Numbered from the stretch's first letter, positions 17,016 to 31,602 are shown. The stretch: DNA of 40,820 nucleotides from a virus (IMGVR_UViG_2917413769_000008:1-40820), one strand, 5' to 3'. Numbers and translations: made by a program. The notes: generated by a model not told the origin, from the letters alone.

Positions 17016-17513
17016 ATGAAATCATTAACCCTCTTCAATCAACCAATTCGTATCGGTGAAGATGGCATGATCTGCCTCACTGATATGTGGAAAGCCAGTG
17101 GTAAAAGTGAATCTGAATCTCCGTACCACTACCTGCGAAACAAGCAGACCAAAGAGTTCTTAGCCGAGCTGGAGAAAAACCACGAATCTGTGGTTTTTAC
17201 TGAGCGCGGTGTACACGGTGGAACATATGGCGGGAAGTTTGTTGCTTATGATTATGCAGCATGGCTAAACCCCGGATTTAAATATGCAGCCTATAAAGTC
17301 CTGGATGACTACTTCACCGGAGAACTTCAGCATCGCAACAGCTTAAGTGCGCAGCTCAATATGAAGTGTCATGAGTTTGATCAGAAAAAAGATATGGCGA
17401 GCTTCTGTGGACAAGGGCTGGCGGCATGGCGCTATACGAAGCCAGTGTTGGTCGCTGAGATTAACTCCCTGGCTAACCAGCTGCAGATAACGATCCCCGG
17501 GCTTCCGGGATGA
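17016..17513 (+). CDS. KilA-N domain protein
   Basis: 165 aa; N-terminal region (ICLTDMWKA...) resembles the KilA-N DNA-binding domain. Confidence 0.6.
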   Translation: MKSLTLFNQPIRIGEDGMICLTDMWKASGKSESESPYHYLRNKQTKEFLAELEKNHESVVFTERGVHGGTYGGKFVAYDYAAWLNPGFKYAAYKVLDDYFTGELQHRNSLSAQLNMKCHEFDQKKDMASFCGQGLAAWRYTKPVLVAEINSLANQLQITIPGLPG

Positions 17514-17767
17514 GTGATCGTGTCATTGAATGCGCCTCCAGAGCGGGGCGCGACTTCTCAGAGTTCATGAAAGGCGAGAAGGGCATGATGGAAGCATTGG
17601 CCTCGGTGGATGAGTTTGGCGAGCAGCTGCGCCTCAACGGCTGTGTCAATCATCACTTTGTTAGCTACATGATGCGGAACTCGATCATGCAGGCATTCAT
17701 GGACATGGCAAAAGCCGAGAGGAAAGAAGAGCGCCGGCGTAAGCGAGCGGAAGCAAAAGCGAAGTAG
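17510..17767 (+). CDS. Hypothetical protein with basic C-terminal tail (85 aa)
   Basis: ATG overlaps the KilA-N stop; C-terminus KAERKEERRRKRAEAKAK. Confidence 0.5.
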   Translation: MSDRVIECASRAGRDFSEFMKGEKGMMEALASVDEFGEQLRLNGCVNHHFVSYMMRNSIMQAFMDMAKAERKEERRRKRAEAKAK

Positions 17768-18139
17768 CCATTACAAAGCCCATCTACTGGTGGGCTTGAT
17801 AATGGCTTATACCCTACACGGGATAACTTAACTGATATCCCTTTTAACGGATAAAGGTATTCAAGCCTGACACATCATGCGCTGTATCGTCGCTGTATTC
17901 CCGCATTAACCATGACCGTAGCCCGACGGGGAACTCCTTCTGCGCGAGTGTGCGGGAATAATCAAAAACGATGCACACCGGGTTTTTACCGCGTTTATGA
18001 TTCGCGGGGTTGTCCCTCATGCTCGCCAGTCCTGTGCGGGGGTGGAAGAAACAGGACGTGTATTCAGGTCTGTGCGACCGTGGTCGCACGACTTTGGTCG
18101 TTCAGATATTAAATCCCATTGTGAAGTAAACCCGAATGG

Positions 18140-18360
18140 CTGGCGGGTCCTTTCCGGCAATCCGGCAGACTACGGGGCGGAAGGCGCGCGGGTTTTCGCT
18201 ATTTATGAAAATTTTCCGGTTTAAGGCGTTTCCGTTCTTCTTCGCCGTAACTTAATGTTTTTATTTAAAACACCCCCTGAAAAGAAAGGAAACGACAGGT
18301 GCTGAAAACGGGCTTTTTGGCCTCTGTCGTTTCCTTTCTCTGTTTTTGTCCGTGGAATGA
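18140..18360. other. cos region (cosN + cosB), lambda-like but with a variant cohesive-end sequence
   Basis: 18175..18360 matches the lambda left end (GGGCGG......CGCGGGTTTTCGCTATTTATGAAAATTTTCCGG...) up to the Nu1 start, except cosN reads GGGCGGAAGGCG versus lambda GGGCGGCGACCT, plus a few cosB substitutions. Confidence 0.75.
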
Positions 18361-18363
18361 ACA

Positions 18364-18883
18364 ATGGAAGTCAACAAAAAGCAGCTGGCTGACATTTTCG
18401 GCGCGAGTATCCGTACCATTCAGAACTGGCAGGAGCAGGGAATGCCAGTTCTGCGGGGTGGTGGCAAGGGTAATGAGGTGCTTTATGACTCTGCCGCCGC
18501 CATAAAATGGTATGCCGAAAGGGATGCTGAAATTGAGAACGAAAAGCTGCGCCGGGAAGTTGAAGAACTGCGGCAGGCCAGCGAGACAGATCTGCAGCCA
18601 GGGACTATTGAGTACGAACGCCATCGACTTACGCGTGCGCAGGCCGACGCACAGGAACTGAAAAATGCCAGAGACTCCGCTGAAGTGGTGGAAACCGCAT
18701 TCTGTACTTTCGTGCTGTCGCGGATCGCAGGTGAAATTGCCAGTATTCTCGACGGGATCCCCCTGTCGGTGCAGCGGCGTTTTCCGGAACTGGAAAACCG
18801 ACATGTTGATTTCCTGAAACGGGATATCATCAAAGCCATGAACAAAGCAGCCGCGCTGGATGAACTGATACCGGGGTTGCTGA

Positions 18884-18909
<26 letters not shown>
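18364..18909 (+). CDS. nu1: Terminase small subunit Nu1
   Basis: 181-aa translation matches lambda Nu1. Confidence 0.95.
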
Positions 18910-22590
<3,681 letters not shown>

Positions 22591-22610
<20 letters not shown>

Positions 22611-23922
22611 TCTCCCGCATATTGCCAGCATGGCCTTTAATGAGCCGCTGATGCTTGAACCCGCCTATGCGCGGGTTTTCTTTTGTGCGCTTGCAGGCCA
22701 GCTAGGGATCAGCCGCCTGACGGATGCGGTGTCCGGCGACAGCCTGACTGCCCAGGAGGCACTCGCGACGCTGGCGTTATCCGGTGATGATGACGGACCA
22801 CGACAGGCCCGCAGTTATCAGGTCATGAACGGCATCGCCGTGCTGCCGGTGTCCGGCACGCTGGTCAGCCGGACGCGGGCGCTGCAGCCGTATTCGGGGA
22901 TGACCGGTTACAACGGCATTATCGCCCGTCTGCAACAGGCTGCCAGCGACCCGATGGTGGACGGCATTCTGCTCGATATGGACACGCCAGGCGGAATGGT
23001 GGCGGGAGCATTTGACTGCGCTGACATCATTGCCCGTGTGCGTGACATAAAACCGGTATGGGCGCTGGCCAACGATATGAACTGCAGTGCAGGTCAGCTG
23101 CTTGCCAGTGCCGCCTCCCGGCGTCTGGTCACGCAGACCGCCCGGACAGGCTCCATCGGCGTCATGATGGCTCACAGTAATTACGGTGCTGCGCTGGAGA
23201 AACAGGGTGTGGAAATCACGCTGATTTACAGCGGCAGCCATAAGGTGGATGGCAACCCCTACAGCCATCTTCCGGATGACGTCCGGGAGACACTGCAGTC
23301 CCGGATGGATGCAACCCGCCAGATGTTTGCGCAGAAGGTGTCGGCATATACCGGCCTGTCTGTGCAGGCTGTGCTGGATACAGAGGCTGCAGTGTACAGC
23401 GGTCAGGAGGCCATTGATGCCGGACTGGCTGATGAACTTGTTAACAGCACCGATGCGATCACCGTCATGCGTGATGCACTGGATGCACGTAAATCCCGTC
23501 TCTCAGGAGGGCGAATGACCAAAGAGACTCAATCAACAACGGTTTCAGCCACTGCCTCGCAGGCTGACATCACCACCGTGGTGCAAGCGACGGAGGGCGA
23601 GAACGCCAGCGCGGCGCAGCCGGACGTGAACGCGCAGATCACCGCAGCGGTTGCGGCAGAAAACAGCCGCATTATGGGGATCCTCAACTGTGAGGAGGCT
23701 CACGGACGCGAAGAACAGGCACGCGTGCTGGCAGAAACCCCCGGAATGACCGTGGAAACGGCCCGCCGCATTCTGGCCGCAGCACCACAGAGTGCACAGG
23801 CGCGCAGTGATACTGCGCTGGATCGTCTGATGCAGGGTGCACCGGCACCGCTGGCTGCAGGTAACCTGGCATCTGATACCAATAAAGAATTACTTAATAC
23901 ACCTGAAGCTTTACCGGTATAA
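22591..23922 (+). CDS. C: Prohead protease / scaffold fusion C
   Basis: GTG start after GAGGAGGAGAAG; matches lambda gpC (VTAELRNLPHIASMAFNEPL...). Confidence 0.9.
23515..23922 (+). CDS. nu3: Scaffold protein Nu3 (in-frame internal start within C)
   Basis: Internal ATG preceded by GGAGGG; MTKETQSTTVSATASQ... as in lambda Nu3. Confidence 0.8.
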   Translation: MTKETQSTTVSATASQADITTVVQATEGENASAAQPDVNAQITAAVAAENSRIMGILNCEEAHGREEQARVLAETPGMTVETARRILAAAPQSAQARSDTALDRLMQGAPAPLAAGNLASDTNKELLNTPEALPV

Positions 23923-23931
23923 GAGGCAGTT

Positions 23932-24264
23932 ATGGCGACAAAAGAAGAGTTTAACCATTACCAGCCGCTGGGTAACAGTGATCCGGCTCATACAGCAATT
24001 GCGCCTGGCGGATTGAGTGCGAAAACGCCTGCAATGACCCCGCTGATGCTGGATGGCACTACCCGTAAGCTGGTTGTGTGGGATGGCACCACCGACGGTG
24101 CAGCCGTTGGCATTCTGGCGGTTGCTGCTGACCAGACCAGCACCACGCTGACGTTCTACAAGTCCGGCTCGTTCCGTTATGAGGATGTGCTCTGGCCGGA
24201 GGCTGCCAGCGACGAGACGAAAAAACGGACCGCGTTTGCCGGAACGGCAATCAGCATCGTTTAA
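23932..24264 (+). CDS. D: Head decoration protein D
   Basis: 110 aa, matches lambda gpD. Confidence 0.95.
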   Translation: MATKEEFNHYQPLGNSDPAHTAIAPGGLSAKTPAMTPLMLDGTTRKLVVWDGTTDGAAVGILAVAADQTSTTLTFYKSGSFRYEDVLWPEAASDETKKRTAFAGTAISIV

Positions 24265-24319
24265 TCTTCCCCTTCATCAACAAAGGCCGCCTGTGCGGCT
24301 TTTTTTATGGAAATAATTT

Positions 24320-25345
24320 ATGTCTGTATATACAACTGCAGAATTACTGGCATCGACCCAGCATCACTTTAAGTTCGATCCGCTGTTTCTGCGCCTGTTT
24401 TTCCGTGAAACCTATCCTTTCACCACGGAAAAAGTCTATCTCTCACAAATTCCGGGACTGGTAAACATGGCGCTGTACGTTTCGCCGATTGTTTCCGGTG
24501 AGGTTATCCGCTCCCGTGGCGGCTCCACATCTGAATTTACGCCGGGTTATGTCAAGCCGAAGCATGAGGTGAATCCGCAGATGACCCTGCGTCGCCTGCC
24601 GGATGAAGATCCGCAGAACCTGGCTGACCCGGCTTACCGTCGTCGCCGTATTATTCGGCAGAATATGCTGGATGAAAATCTGGCGATTGCCCAGGTCGAA
24701 GAGATGCAGGCAGTTTCTGCCGTGCTTAAGGGCAAATACACCATGACCGGTGAAGCCTTTGATCCGGTTGAGGTGGATATGGGCCGCAGTGCGGCGAACA
24801 ACATCACACAGTCCGGTGGCACGGAGTGGAGCAAGCGTGACAAGTCCACGTATGACCCGACCGACGATATCGAAGCCTACGCGCTGAACGCCAGCGGTGT
24901 GGTGAATATCATCGTGTTTGATCCGAAAGGCTGGGCGCTGTTCCGTTCCTTCAAAGCCGTCAAGGAGAAGCTGGATACCCGTCGTGGCTCTCATTCCGAG
25001 CTGGAGACAGCGGTGAAAGACCTGGGTAAAGCGGTGTCCTATAAGGGGATGTATGGCGATGTGGCCATCGTCGTGTATTCCGGACAGTACGTGGAAAACG
25101 GCGTCAAAAAGAACTTCCTGCCGGACAACACGATGGTGCTGGGGAACACTCAGGCACGCGGTCTGCGCACCTATGGCTGCATTCAGGATGCGGACGCACA
25201 GCGCGAAGGCATTAACGCCTCTGCCCGTTACCCGAAAAACTGGGTGACCACCGGCGATCCGGCGCGTGAGTTCACCATGATTCAGTCAGCACCGCTGATG
25301 CTGCTGGCTGACCCTGATGAGTTCGTGTCCGTACAACTGGCGTAA
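24320..25345 (+). CDS. E: Major capsid protein E
   Basis: 341 aa, matches lambda gpE. Confidence 0.95.
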   Translation: MSVYTTAELLASTQHHFKFDPLFLRLFFRETYPFTTEKVYLSQIPGLVNMALYVSPIVSGEVIRSRGGSTSEFTPGYVKPKHEVNPQMTLRRLPDEDPQNLADPAYRRRRIIRQNMLDENLAIAQVEEMQAVSAVLKGKYTMTGEAFDPVEVDMGRSAANNITQSGGTEWSKRDKSTYDPTDDIEAYALNASGVVNIIVFDPKGWALFRSFKAVKEKLDTRRGSHSELETAVKDLGKAVSYKGMYGDVAIVVYSGQYVENGVKKNFLPDNTMVLGNTQARGLRTYGCIQDADAQREGINASARYPKNWVTTGDPAREFTMIQSAPLMLLADPDEFVSVQLA

Positions 25346-25386
25346 TCGTGGCCCTTCGGGGCCATTTTCTCTCTGTGGAGGAGTCC

Positions 25387-25782
25387 ATGACGAAAGATGA
25401 ACTGATTGTCCGTCTCCGGTCGCTGGGTGAGCAACTGAACCGTGATGTCAGCCTGACGGGGACGAAAGAAGAACTGGCGCTCCGTGTGGCAGAGCTGGAA
25501 GAGGAGCTTGATGACACGGATGACGCTGCCGGTCAGGATACCCCTCTCAGACCGGAAAATGCGCTGACCGGACATGAAAATGAGGTGGTATCAGCGCAGC
25601 CGGATACCATGATTGATACGGCTGCTCTGGTCACGGTCGTGGCACTGGTGACGCTGCATACTGATGCACTTCACGCCACGCGGGATGAAACTGTGGCATT
25701 TGTGCTGCCGGGAACGGCGTTTCGTGTCTCTGCCGGTGTGGCAGCCGAAATGACAGAGCGCGGCCTGGCCAGAATGCAATAA
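25387..25782 (+). CDS. FI: Head assembly/packaging protein FI
   Basis: Start MTKDELI... matches lambda gpFI. Confidence 0.9.
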   Translation: MTKDELIVRLRSLGEQLNRDVSLTGTKEELALRVAELEEELDDTDDAAGQDTPLRPENALTGHENEVVSAQPDTMIDTAALVTVVALVTLHTDALHATRDETVAFVLPGTAFRVSAGVAAEMTERGLARMQ

Positions 25783-25793
25783 CGGGAGGCGCT

Positions 25794-26147
25794 GTGGCTG
25801 ATTTCGATAACCTGTTCGATGCTGCCATTGCCCGCGCCGATGAAACGATACGCGGGTACATGGGAACGTCAGCCACCATTACATCCGGTGAGCAGTCCGG
25901 CGCAGTAATACGTGGTGTTTTTGATGACCCTGAAAATATCAGCTATGCCGGACAGGGCGTGCGCGTTGAAGGCTCCAGCCCGTCCCTGTTTGTCCGGACT
26001 GATGAGGTGCGGCAGCTGCGGCGTGGAGACACGCTGACCATCGGTGAGGAAAATTTCTGGGTAGACCGGGTTTCGCCGGATGATGGCGGAAGCTGTCATC
26101 TCTGGCTTGGACGGGGCGTACCGCCTGCCGTTAACCGTCGCCGCTGA
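25794..26147 (+). CDS. FII: Head-tail connector protein FII
   Basis: 117 aa, matches lambda gpFII. Confidence 0.95.
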   Translation: MADFDNLFDAAIARADETIRGYMGTSATITSGEQSGAVIRGVFDDPENISYAGQGVRVEGSSPSLFVRTDEVRQLRRGDTLTIGEENFWVDRVSPDDGGSCHLWLGRGVPPAVNRRR

Positions 26148-26158
26148 AAGGGGGATGT

Positions 26159-26737
26159 ATGGCCATAAAAGGTCTTGAGCAGGCCGTTGAAAACCTCAGC
26201 CGTATCAGCAAAACGGCGGTGCCTGGTGCCGCCGCAATGGCTATTAACCGCGTTGCTTCATCCGCGATATCGCAGTCTGCGTCACAGGTTGCCCGTGAGA
26301 CAAAGGTACGCCGGAAACTGGTAAAGGAAAGGGCCAGGCTGAAAAGGGCCACGGTCAAAAATCCGCAGGCCAGAATCAAAGTTAACCGGGGGGATTTGCC
26401 CGTAATCAAGCTGGGTAATGCGCGGGTTGTCCTGTCCCGCCGCAGGCGTCGTAAAAAGGGGCAGCGTTCATCCCTGAAAGGTGGCGGCAGCGTGCTTGTG
26501 GTGGGTAACCGTCGTATTCCCGGCGCGTTTATTCAGCAACTGAAAAATGGCCGGTGGCATGTCATGCAGCGTGTGGCCGGGAAAAACCGTTACCCCATTG
26601 ATGTGGTGAAAATCCCGATGGCGGTGCCGCTTACCACGGCGTTTAAACAGAATATTGAACGGATACGGCGTGAACGTCTTCCGAAAGAGCTGGGCTATGC
26701 GCTGCAGCATCAACTGAGAATGGTAATAAAGCGATGA
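26159..26737 (+). CDS. Z: Tail completion protein Z
   Basis: 192 aa, matches lambda gpZ. Confidence 0.95.
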   Translation: MAIKGLEQAVENLSRISKTAVPGAAAMAINRVASSAISQSASQVARETKVRRKLVKERARLKRATVKNPQARIKVNRGDLPVIKLGNARVVLSRRRRRKKGQRSSLKGGGSVLVVGNRRIPGAFIQQLKNGRWHVMQRVAGKNRYPIDVVKIPMAVPLTTAFKQNIERIRRERLPKELGYALQHQLRMVIKR

Positions 26738-27129
26738 AACATACTGAACTCCGTGCAGCCGTACTGGATGCACTGGAGAAGCATGACACCGGGGCGACGC
26801 TTTTTGATGGTCGCCCCGCTGTTTTTGATGAGGAAGATTTTCCGGCAATTGCCGTTTATCTCACCGGCGCTGAATACACGGGCGAAGAGCTGGACAGCGA
26901 TACCTGGCAGGCGGAGCTGCATATTGAAGTTTTCCTGCCTGCTCAGGTGCCGGATTCAGAGCTGGATTCGTGGATGGAGTCCCGGATTTATCCGGTGATG
27001 AGCGATATCCCGGCACTGTCAGATTTGATCACCAGTATGGTGGCCAGTGGCTATGACTACCGGCGCGACGATGATGCGGGCCTGTGGAGTTCAGCCGATC
27101 TGACTTATGTCATTACCTATGAAATGTGA
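26734..27129 (+). CDS. U: Tail terminator protein U
   Basis: 131 aa, matches lambda gpU. Confidence 0.95.
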   Translation: MKHTELRAAVLDALEKHDTGATLFDGRPAVFDEEDFPAIAVYLTGAEYTGEELDSDTWQAELHIEVFLPAQVPDSELDSWMESRIYPVMSDIPALSDLITSMVASGYDYRRDDDAGLWSSADLTYVITYEM

Positions 27130-27136
27130 GGACGCT

Positions 27137-27877
27137 ATGCCTGTACCAAATCCAACAATGCCGGTAAAAGGTGCCGGGACCACACTGTGGGTTTATAAGG
27201 GGAACGGTGACCCTTATGCGAACCCGCTTTCAGACGTTGACTGGTCGCGTCTGGCAAAAGTTAAAGACCTGACGCCCGGCGAACTGACCGCTGAGTCCTA
27301 TGACGACAGCTATCTCGATGATGAAGATGCAGACTGGACTGCGACCGGGCAGGGGCAGAAATCTGCCGGAGATACCAGCTTCACGCTGGCGTGGATGCCC
27401 GGAGAGCAGGGGCAGCAGGCGCTGCTGGCGTGGTTTAATGAAGGTGATACCCGTGCCTATAAAATCCGCTTCCCGAACGGCACGGTCGATGTGTTCCGTG
27501 GCTGGGTCAGCAGTATCGGTAAGGCGGTGACGGCGAAGGAAGTGATCACCCGCACGGTGAAGGTCACCAATGTGGGACGCCCGTCGATGGCTGAAGATCG
27601 CAGTACGGTGACGGCGGCAACCGGCATGACGGTAACGCCAGCCAGTGCTTCTGTAGTGAAAGGGCAGAGCACCACGCTGACCGTGGCATTCCAGCCGGAA
27701 GGCGTAACCGACAAGAGCTTCCGTGCGGTGTCTTCGGATAAAACAAAAGCCACCGTGTCGGTCAGTGGTATGACCATCACCGTGAACGGCGTTGCTGCAG
27801 GCAAGGTCAACATTCCGGTCGTATCCGGTAATGGTGAACTTGCTGCTGTTGCAGAAATCACCGTCACCGCCAGTTAA
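27137..27877 (+). CDS. V: Major tail tube protein V
   Basis: Start [14 protein letters not shown]...; matches lambda gpV including the C-terminal Ig-like domain. Confidence 0.95.
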   Translation: MPVPNPTMPVKGAGTTLWVYKGNGDPYANPLSDVDWSRLAKVKDLTPGELTAESYDDSYLDDEDADWTATGQGQKSAGDTSFTLAWMPGEQGQQALLAWFNEGDTRAYKIRFPNGTVDVFRGWVSSIGKAVTAKEVITRTVKVTNVGRPSMAEDRSTVTAATGMTVTPASASVVKGQSTTLTVAFQPEGVTDKSFRAVSSDKTKATVSVSGMTITVNGVAAGKVNIPVVSGNGELAAVAEITVTAS

Positions 27878-27892
27878 TCCGGAGAGTCAGCG

Positions 27893-28306
27893 ATGTTCCT
27901 GAAAACCGAATCATTTGAATATAACGGCGTGACCGTCATGCTTTCTGAACTGTCAGCCCTGCAGCGTATTGAGCATCTCGCCTTGATGAAACAGCAGGCA
28001 GAATCCGACAGCAACCGGAAGTTTACTGTGGAAGACGTCATCAGAACCGGCGCTTTTGTGGTGGCGATGTCTCTGTGGCATAACCATCCGAAGAAGACGC
28101 AGATGCCGTCCATGAATGAAGCCGTTAAACAGATTGAGCAGGAAGTGCTTACCACCTGGCCCACAGAGGCAATTTCTCATGCTGAAAACGTGGTGTACCG
28201 GCTGTCCGGTATGTATGAGTTTGTGGTGAATAATGCCCCTGAACAGGCAGATGACGCCGGGCCTGCAGAGCCTGTTTCTGCGGGAAAGTGTTCGACGGTG
28301 AGCTGA
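27893..28306 (+). CDS. G: Tail assembly chaperone G
   Basis: Matches lambda gpG. Confidence 0.95.
   Translation: MFLKTESFEYNGVTVMLSELSALQRIEHLALMKQQAESDSNRKFTVEDVIRTGAFVVAMSLWHNHPKKTQMPSMNEAVKQIEQEVLTTWPTEAISHAENVVYRLSGMYEFVVNNAPEQADDAGPAEPVSAGKCSTVS
28282..28288 (+). promoter_or_regulatory. Programmed -1 ribosomal frameshift slippery site (GGGAAAG) producing the G-T fusion
   Basis: The heptamer lies in the G/T overlap, as in lambda. Confidence 0.85.
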
Positions 28307-28722
28307 GTTTTGCCCTGAAACTGGCGCGTGAGATGGGGCGACCCGACTGGCGCGCCATGCTTGCCGGGATGTCATCCACGGAGTATGCCGACTGGCACCG
28401 CTTTTACAGTACCCATTATTTTCATGATGTTCTGCTGGATATGCACTTTTCCGGGCTGACGTACACCGTGCTCAGCCTGTTTTTCAGCGATCCGGATATG
28501 CATCCGCTGGATTTCAGTCTGCTGAACCGGCGTGAGGCTGACGAAGAGCCTGAAGATGATGTGCTGATGCAGAAAGCGGCAGGGCTTGCCGGAGGCGTTC
28601 GTTTTAGCCCGGACGGGAATGAAGTTATCCCCGCTTCCCCGGATGTGGCGGACATGACGGAGGATGACGTAATGCTGATGACAGTATCAGAAGGGATCGC
28701 AGGAGGAGTCCGGTATGGCTGA
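28288..28722 (+). CDS. T: Tail assembly protein T (expressed as G-T fusion by -1 frameshift)
   Basis: 144-aa ORF in the -1 frame overlapping the 3' end of G; matches lambda gpT. Confidence 0.9.
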   Translation: MFDGELSFALKLAREMGRPDWRAMLAGMSSTEYADWHRFYSTHYFHDVLLDMHFSGLTYTVLSLFFSDPDMHPLDFSLLNRREADEEPEDDVLMQKAAGLAGGVRFSPDGNEVIPASPDVADMTEDDVMLMTVSEGIAGGVRYG

Positions 28723-31276
28723 ACCGGTAGGCGATCTGGTCGTTGATTTAAGTCTGGATGCGGCCAGATTTGACGAGCAGATGGCCAGAGTCAGGCGTCA
28801 TTTTTCCGGTACGGAAACTGATGCGAAAAAAACAGCGGCAGTCGTTGAACAGTCAATGAACCGGCAGGCGCTGGCTGCACAGAAAGCGGGGATTTCCGTC
28901 GGGCAGTATAAAGCCGCCATGCGTATGCTGCCTGCACAGTTCACCGACGTGGCCACGCAGCTTGCAGGCGGGCAAAGTCCGTGGCTGATCCTGTTGCAAC
29001 AGGGGGGTCAGGTGAAGGACTCCTTCGGCGGGATGATCCCCATGTTCAGGGGGCTTGCCGGTGCGATCACCCTGCCGATGGTCGGGGCCACCTCGCTGGC
29101 GGTGGCTACAGGGGCGCTGGCGTATGCCTGGTATCAGGGCAACTCAACCCTGTCCGATTTCAACAAAACGCTGGTCCTTTCCGGTAATCAGTCGGGTCTG
29201 ACGGCAGATCGTATGCTGGTCCTGTCCAGAGCCGGGCAGGCGGCAGGGCTGACGTTTAACCAGACCAGCGAGTCACTCAGCGCACTGGTTAAGGCGGGGG
29301 TAAGCGGTGAGGCTCAGATTGCGTCCATCAGCCAGAGTGTGGCGCGTTTCTCCTCTGCATCCGGTGTGGAGGTGGACAAGGTCGCTGAAGCCTTCGGGAA
29401 GCTGACCACAGACCCGACGTCGGGGCTGACGGCGATGGCACGCCAGTTCCATAACGTGACGGCGGAGCAGATTGCGTATGTTGCTCAGTTGCAGCGTTCC
29501 GGCGATGAAGCCGGGGCATTGCAGGCGGCGAACGAGGCCGCAACGAAAGGGTTTGATGACCAGACCCGCCGCCTGAAAGAGAACATGGGCACGCTGGAGA
29601 CCTGGGCAGACAGGACTGCACGGGCATTCAAATCCATGTGGGATGCGGTGCTGGATATTGGTCGTCCTGATACCGCGCAGGAGATGCTGATTAAGGCAGA
29701 GGCTGCGTTTAAGAAAGCAGACGACATCTGGAATCTGCGCAAGGATGATTATTTTGTTAACGATGAAGCGCGGGCGCGTTACTGGGATGATCGTGAAAAG
29801 GCCCGTCTTGCGCTTGAAGCCGCCCGAAAGAAGGCTGAGCAGCAGACTCAACAGGACAAAAATGCGCAGCAGCAGAGCGATACCGAAGCGTCACGGCTGA
29901 AATATACCGAAGAGGCGCAGAAGGCTTACGAACGGCTGCAGACGCCGCTGGAGAAATATACCGCCCGTCAGGAAGAACTGAATAAGGCCCTGAAAGACGG
30001 AAAAATCCTGCAGGCAGATTACAACACGCTGATGGCGGCGGCGAAAAAGGACTATGAAGCGACACTGAAAAAGCCGAAGCAGTCCGGCGTGAAGGTGTCT
30101 GCAGGAGAGCGTCAGGAAGACAGTGCTCATGCCGCCCTGCTGACGCTTCAGGCAGAACTCCGGACGCTGGAGAAGCATGCCGGAGCGAATGAGAAAATCA
30201 GCCAGCAGCGCCGGGATTTGTGGAAGGCAGAAAGTCAGTTCGCGGTACTGGAGGAGGCGGCACAACGTCGCCAGCTGTCCGCACAGGAGAAATCCCTGCT
30301 GGCGCATAAAGACGAGACGCTGGAGTACAAACGCCAGCTGGCTGCACTTGGCGATAAGGTTACGTATCAGGAGCACCTGAATGCGCTGGCGCAGCAGGCG
30401 GATAAGTTCGCACAGCAACAACGGGCAAAACGGGCAGCCATTGATGCGAAAAACCGGGGGCTGACTGACCGGCAGGCAGCGCGGGAAGCCACGGAACAGC
30501 GTCTGAAGGAACAGTATGGCGATAATCCGCTGGCGCTGAATAACGTCATGTCAGAGCAGAAAAAGACCTGGGCAGCTGAAGACCAGCTTCGCGGGAGCTG
30601 GATGGCAGGCCTCAAGTCAGGCTGGAGTGAGTGGGAAGAGAGCGCCACGGACAGTATGTCGCAGGTTAAAAGTGCAGCCACGCAGACCTTTGATGGTATT
30701 GCACAGAATATGGCGGCGATGCTGACCGGCAGTGAACAGAACTGGCGCAGCTTCACCCGATCCGTGCTGTCCATGATGACAGAAATTTTGCTTAAGCAGG
30801 CAATGGTGGGGATTGTCGGGAGTATCAGCAGCGCCATTGGCGGTGCTGCCAGTGGTGGCGCATCAGCGTCAGGTGGTACAGCCATTCAGGCAGCTGCGGC
30901 GAAATTCCATTTTGCGACCGGAGGATTTACGGGAACCGGCGGCAAATATGAGCCAGCGGGGATTGTTCACCGTGGTGAATTTGTCTTCACGAAGGAGGCA
31001 ACCAGCCGGATTGGCGTGGGGAATCTCTACCGGCTGATGCGCGGCTATGCCACCGGCGGTTATGTCGGTACACCGGGCAGCATGGCGGACAGTCGGTCGC
31101 AGGCGTCCGGGAAGTTTGAGCAGAATAACCATGTGGTGATTAACAACGATGGCACGAACGGTCAGATAGGGCCACAGGCGCTGAAGGCGGTTTATGACGT
31201 AGCCCGTAAGGCGGCAATGGATGTTGTGACCGGGCAGATGCGTGATGGTGGTCTGTTCTCCGGAGGTGGACGATGA
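28715..31276 (+). CDS. H: Tape measure protein H
   Basis: 853 aa, matches lambda gpH. Confidence 0.95.
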   Translation: MAEPVGDLVVDLSLDAARFDEQMARVRRHFSGTETDAKKTAAVVEQSMNRQALAAQKAGISVGQYKAAMRMLPAQFTDVATQLAGGQSPWLILLQQGGQVKDSFGGMIPMFRGLAGAITLPMVGATSLAVATGALAYAWYQGNSTLSDFNKTLVLSGNQSGLTADRMLVLSRAGQAAGLTFNQTSESLSALVKAGVSGEAQIASISQSVARFSSASGVEVDKVAEAFGKLTTDPTSGLTAMARQFHNVTAEQIAYVAQLQRSGDEAGALQAANEAATKGFDDQTRRLKENMGTLETWADRTARAFKSMWDAVLDIGRPDTAQEMLIKAEAAFKKADDIWNLRKDDYFVNDEARARYWDDREKARLALEAARKKAEQQTQQDKNAQQQSDTEASRLKYTEEAQKAYERLQTPLEKYTARQEELNKALKDGKILQADYNTLMAAAKKDYEATLKKPKQSGVKVSAGERQEDSAHAALLTLQAELRTLEKHAGANEKISQQRRDLWKAESQFAVLEEAAQRRQLSAQEKSLLAHKDETLEYKRQLAALGDKVTYQEHLNALAQQADKFAQQQRAKRAAIDAKNRGLTDRQAAREATEQRLKEQYGDNPLALNNVMSEQKKTWAAEDQLRGSWMAGLKSGWSEWEESATDSMSQVKSAATQTFDGIAQNMAAMLTGSEQNWRSFTRSVLSMMTEILLKQAMVGIVGSISSAIGGAASGGASASGGTAIQAAAAKFHFATGGFTGTGGKYEPAGIVHRGEFVFTKEATSRIGVGNLYRLMRGYATGGYVGTPGSMADSRSQASGKFEQNNHVVINNDGTNGQIGPQALKAVYDVARKAAMDVVTGQMRDGGLFSGGGR

Positions 31277-31602
31277 AAACCTTCCGCTGGAAAGTGAAAC
31301 CGGGTATGGATGTGGCTTCGACTCCTTCCGTCAGGGAGGTGCGCTTTGGTGATGGTTACTCCCAGCGCGCGCCTGCCGGGCTGAATGCCAACCTGAAAAC
31401 GTACAGCGTGACGATTTCTGTCCCCCGTTGGGAGGCCACGGCGCTGGAATCGTTTCTGGCAGAGCACGGAGGCTGGAAAGCCTTTCTGTGGACGCCGCCT
31501 TATGACTGGCGGCAGATAAAGGTGATCTGCGCAAAATGGACGTCGCGGGTCAGTATGCTGCGTGTTGAGTTCAGCGCAGAGTTTAAACAGGTGGTGAACT
31601 GA
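31273..31602 (+). CDS. M: Minor tail protein M
   Basis: 109 aa, matches lambda gpM. Confidence 0.95.
   Translation: MKTFRWKVKPGMDVASTPSVREVRFGDGYSQRAPAGLNANLKTYSVTISVPRWEATALESFLAEHGGWKAFLWTPPYDWRQIKVICAKWTSRVSMLRVEFSAEFKQVVN

Noticed and set aside
17844-18089. 81-aa minus-strand ORF (58 aa from the first ATG) in the cos-proximal GC-rich stretch
   Set aside because: GTG start, overlapping ORFs on both strands and no RBS; kept only as a note in the finding on the block between lysis and cos.
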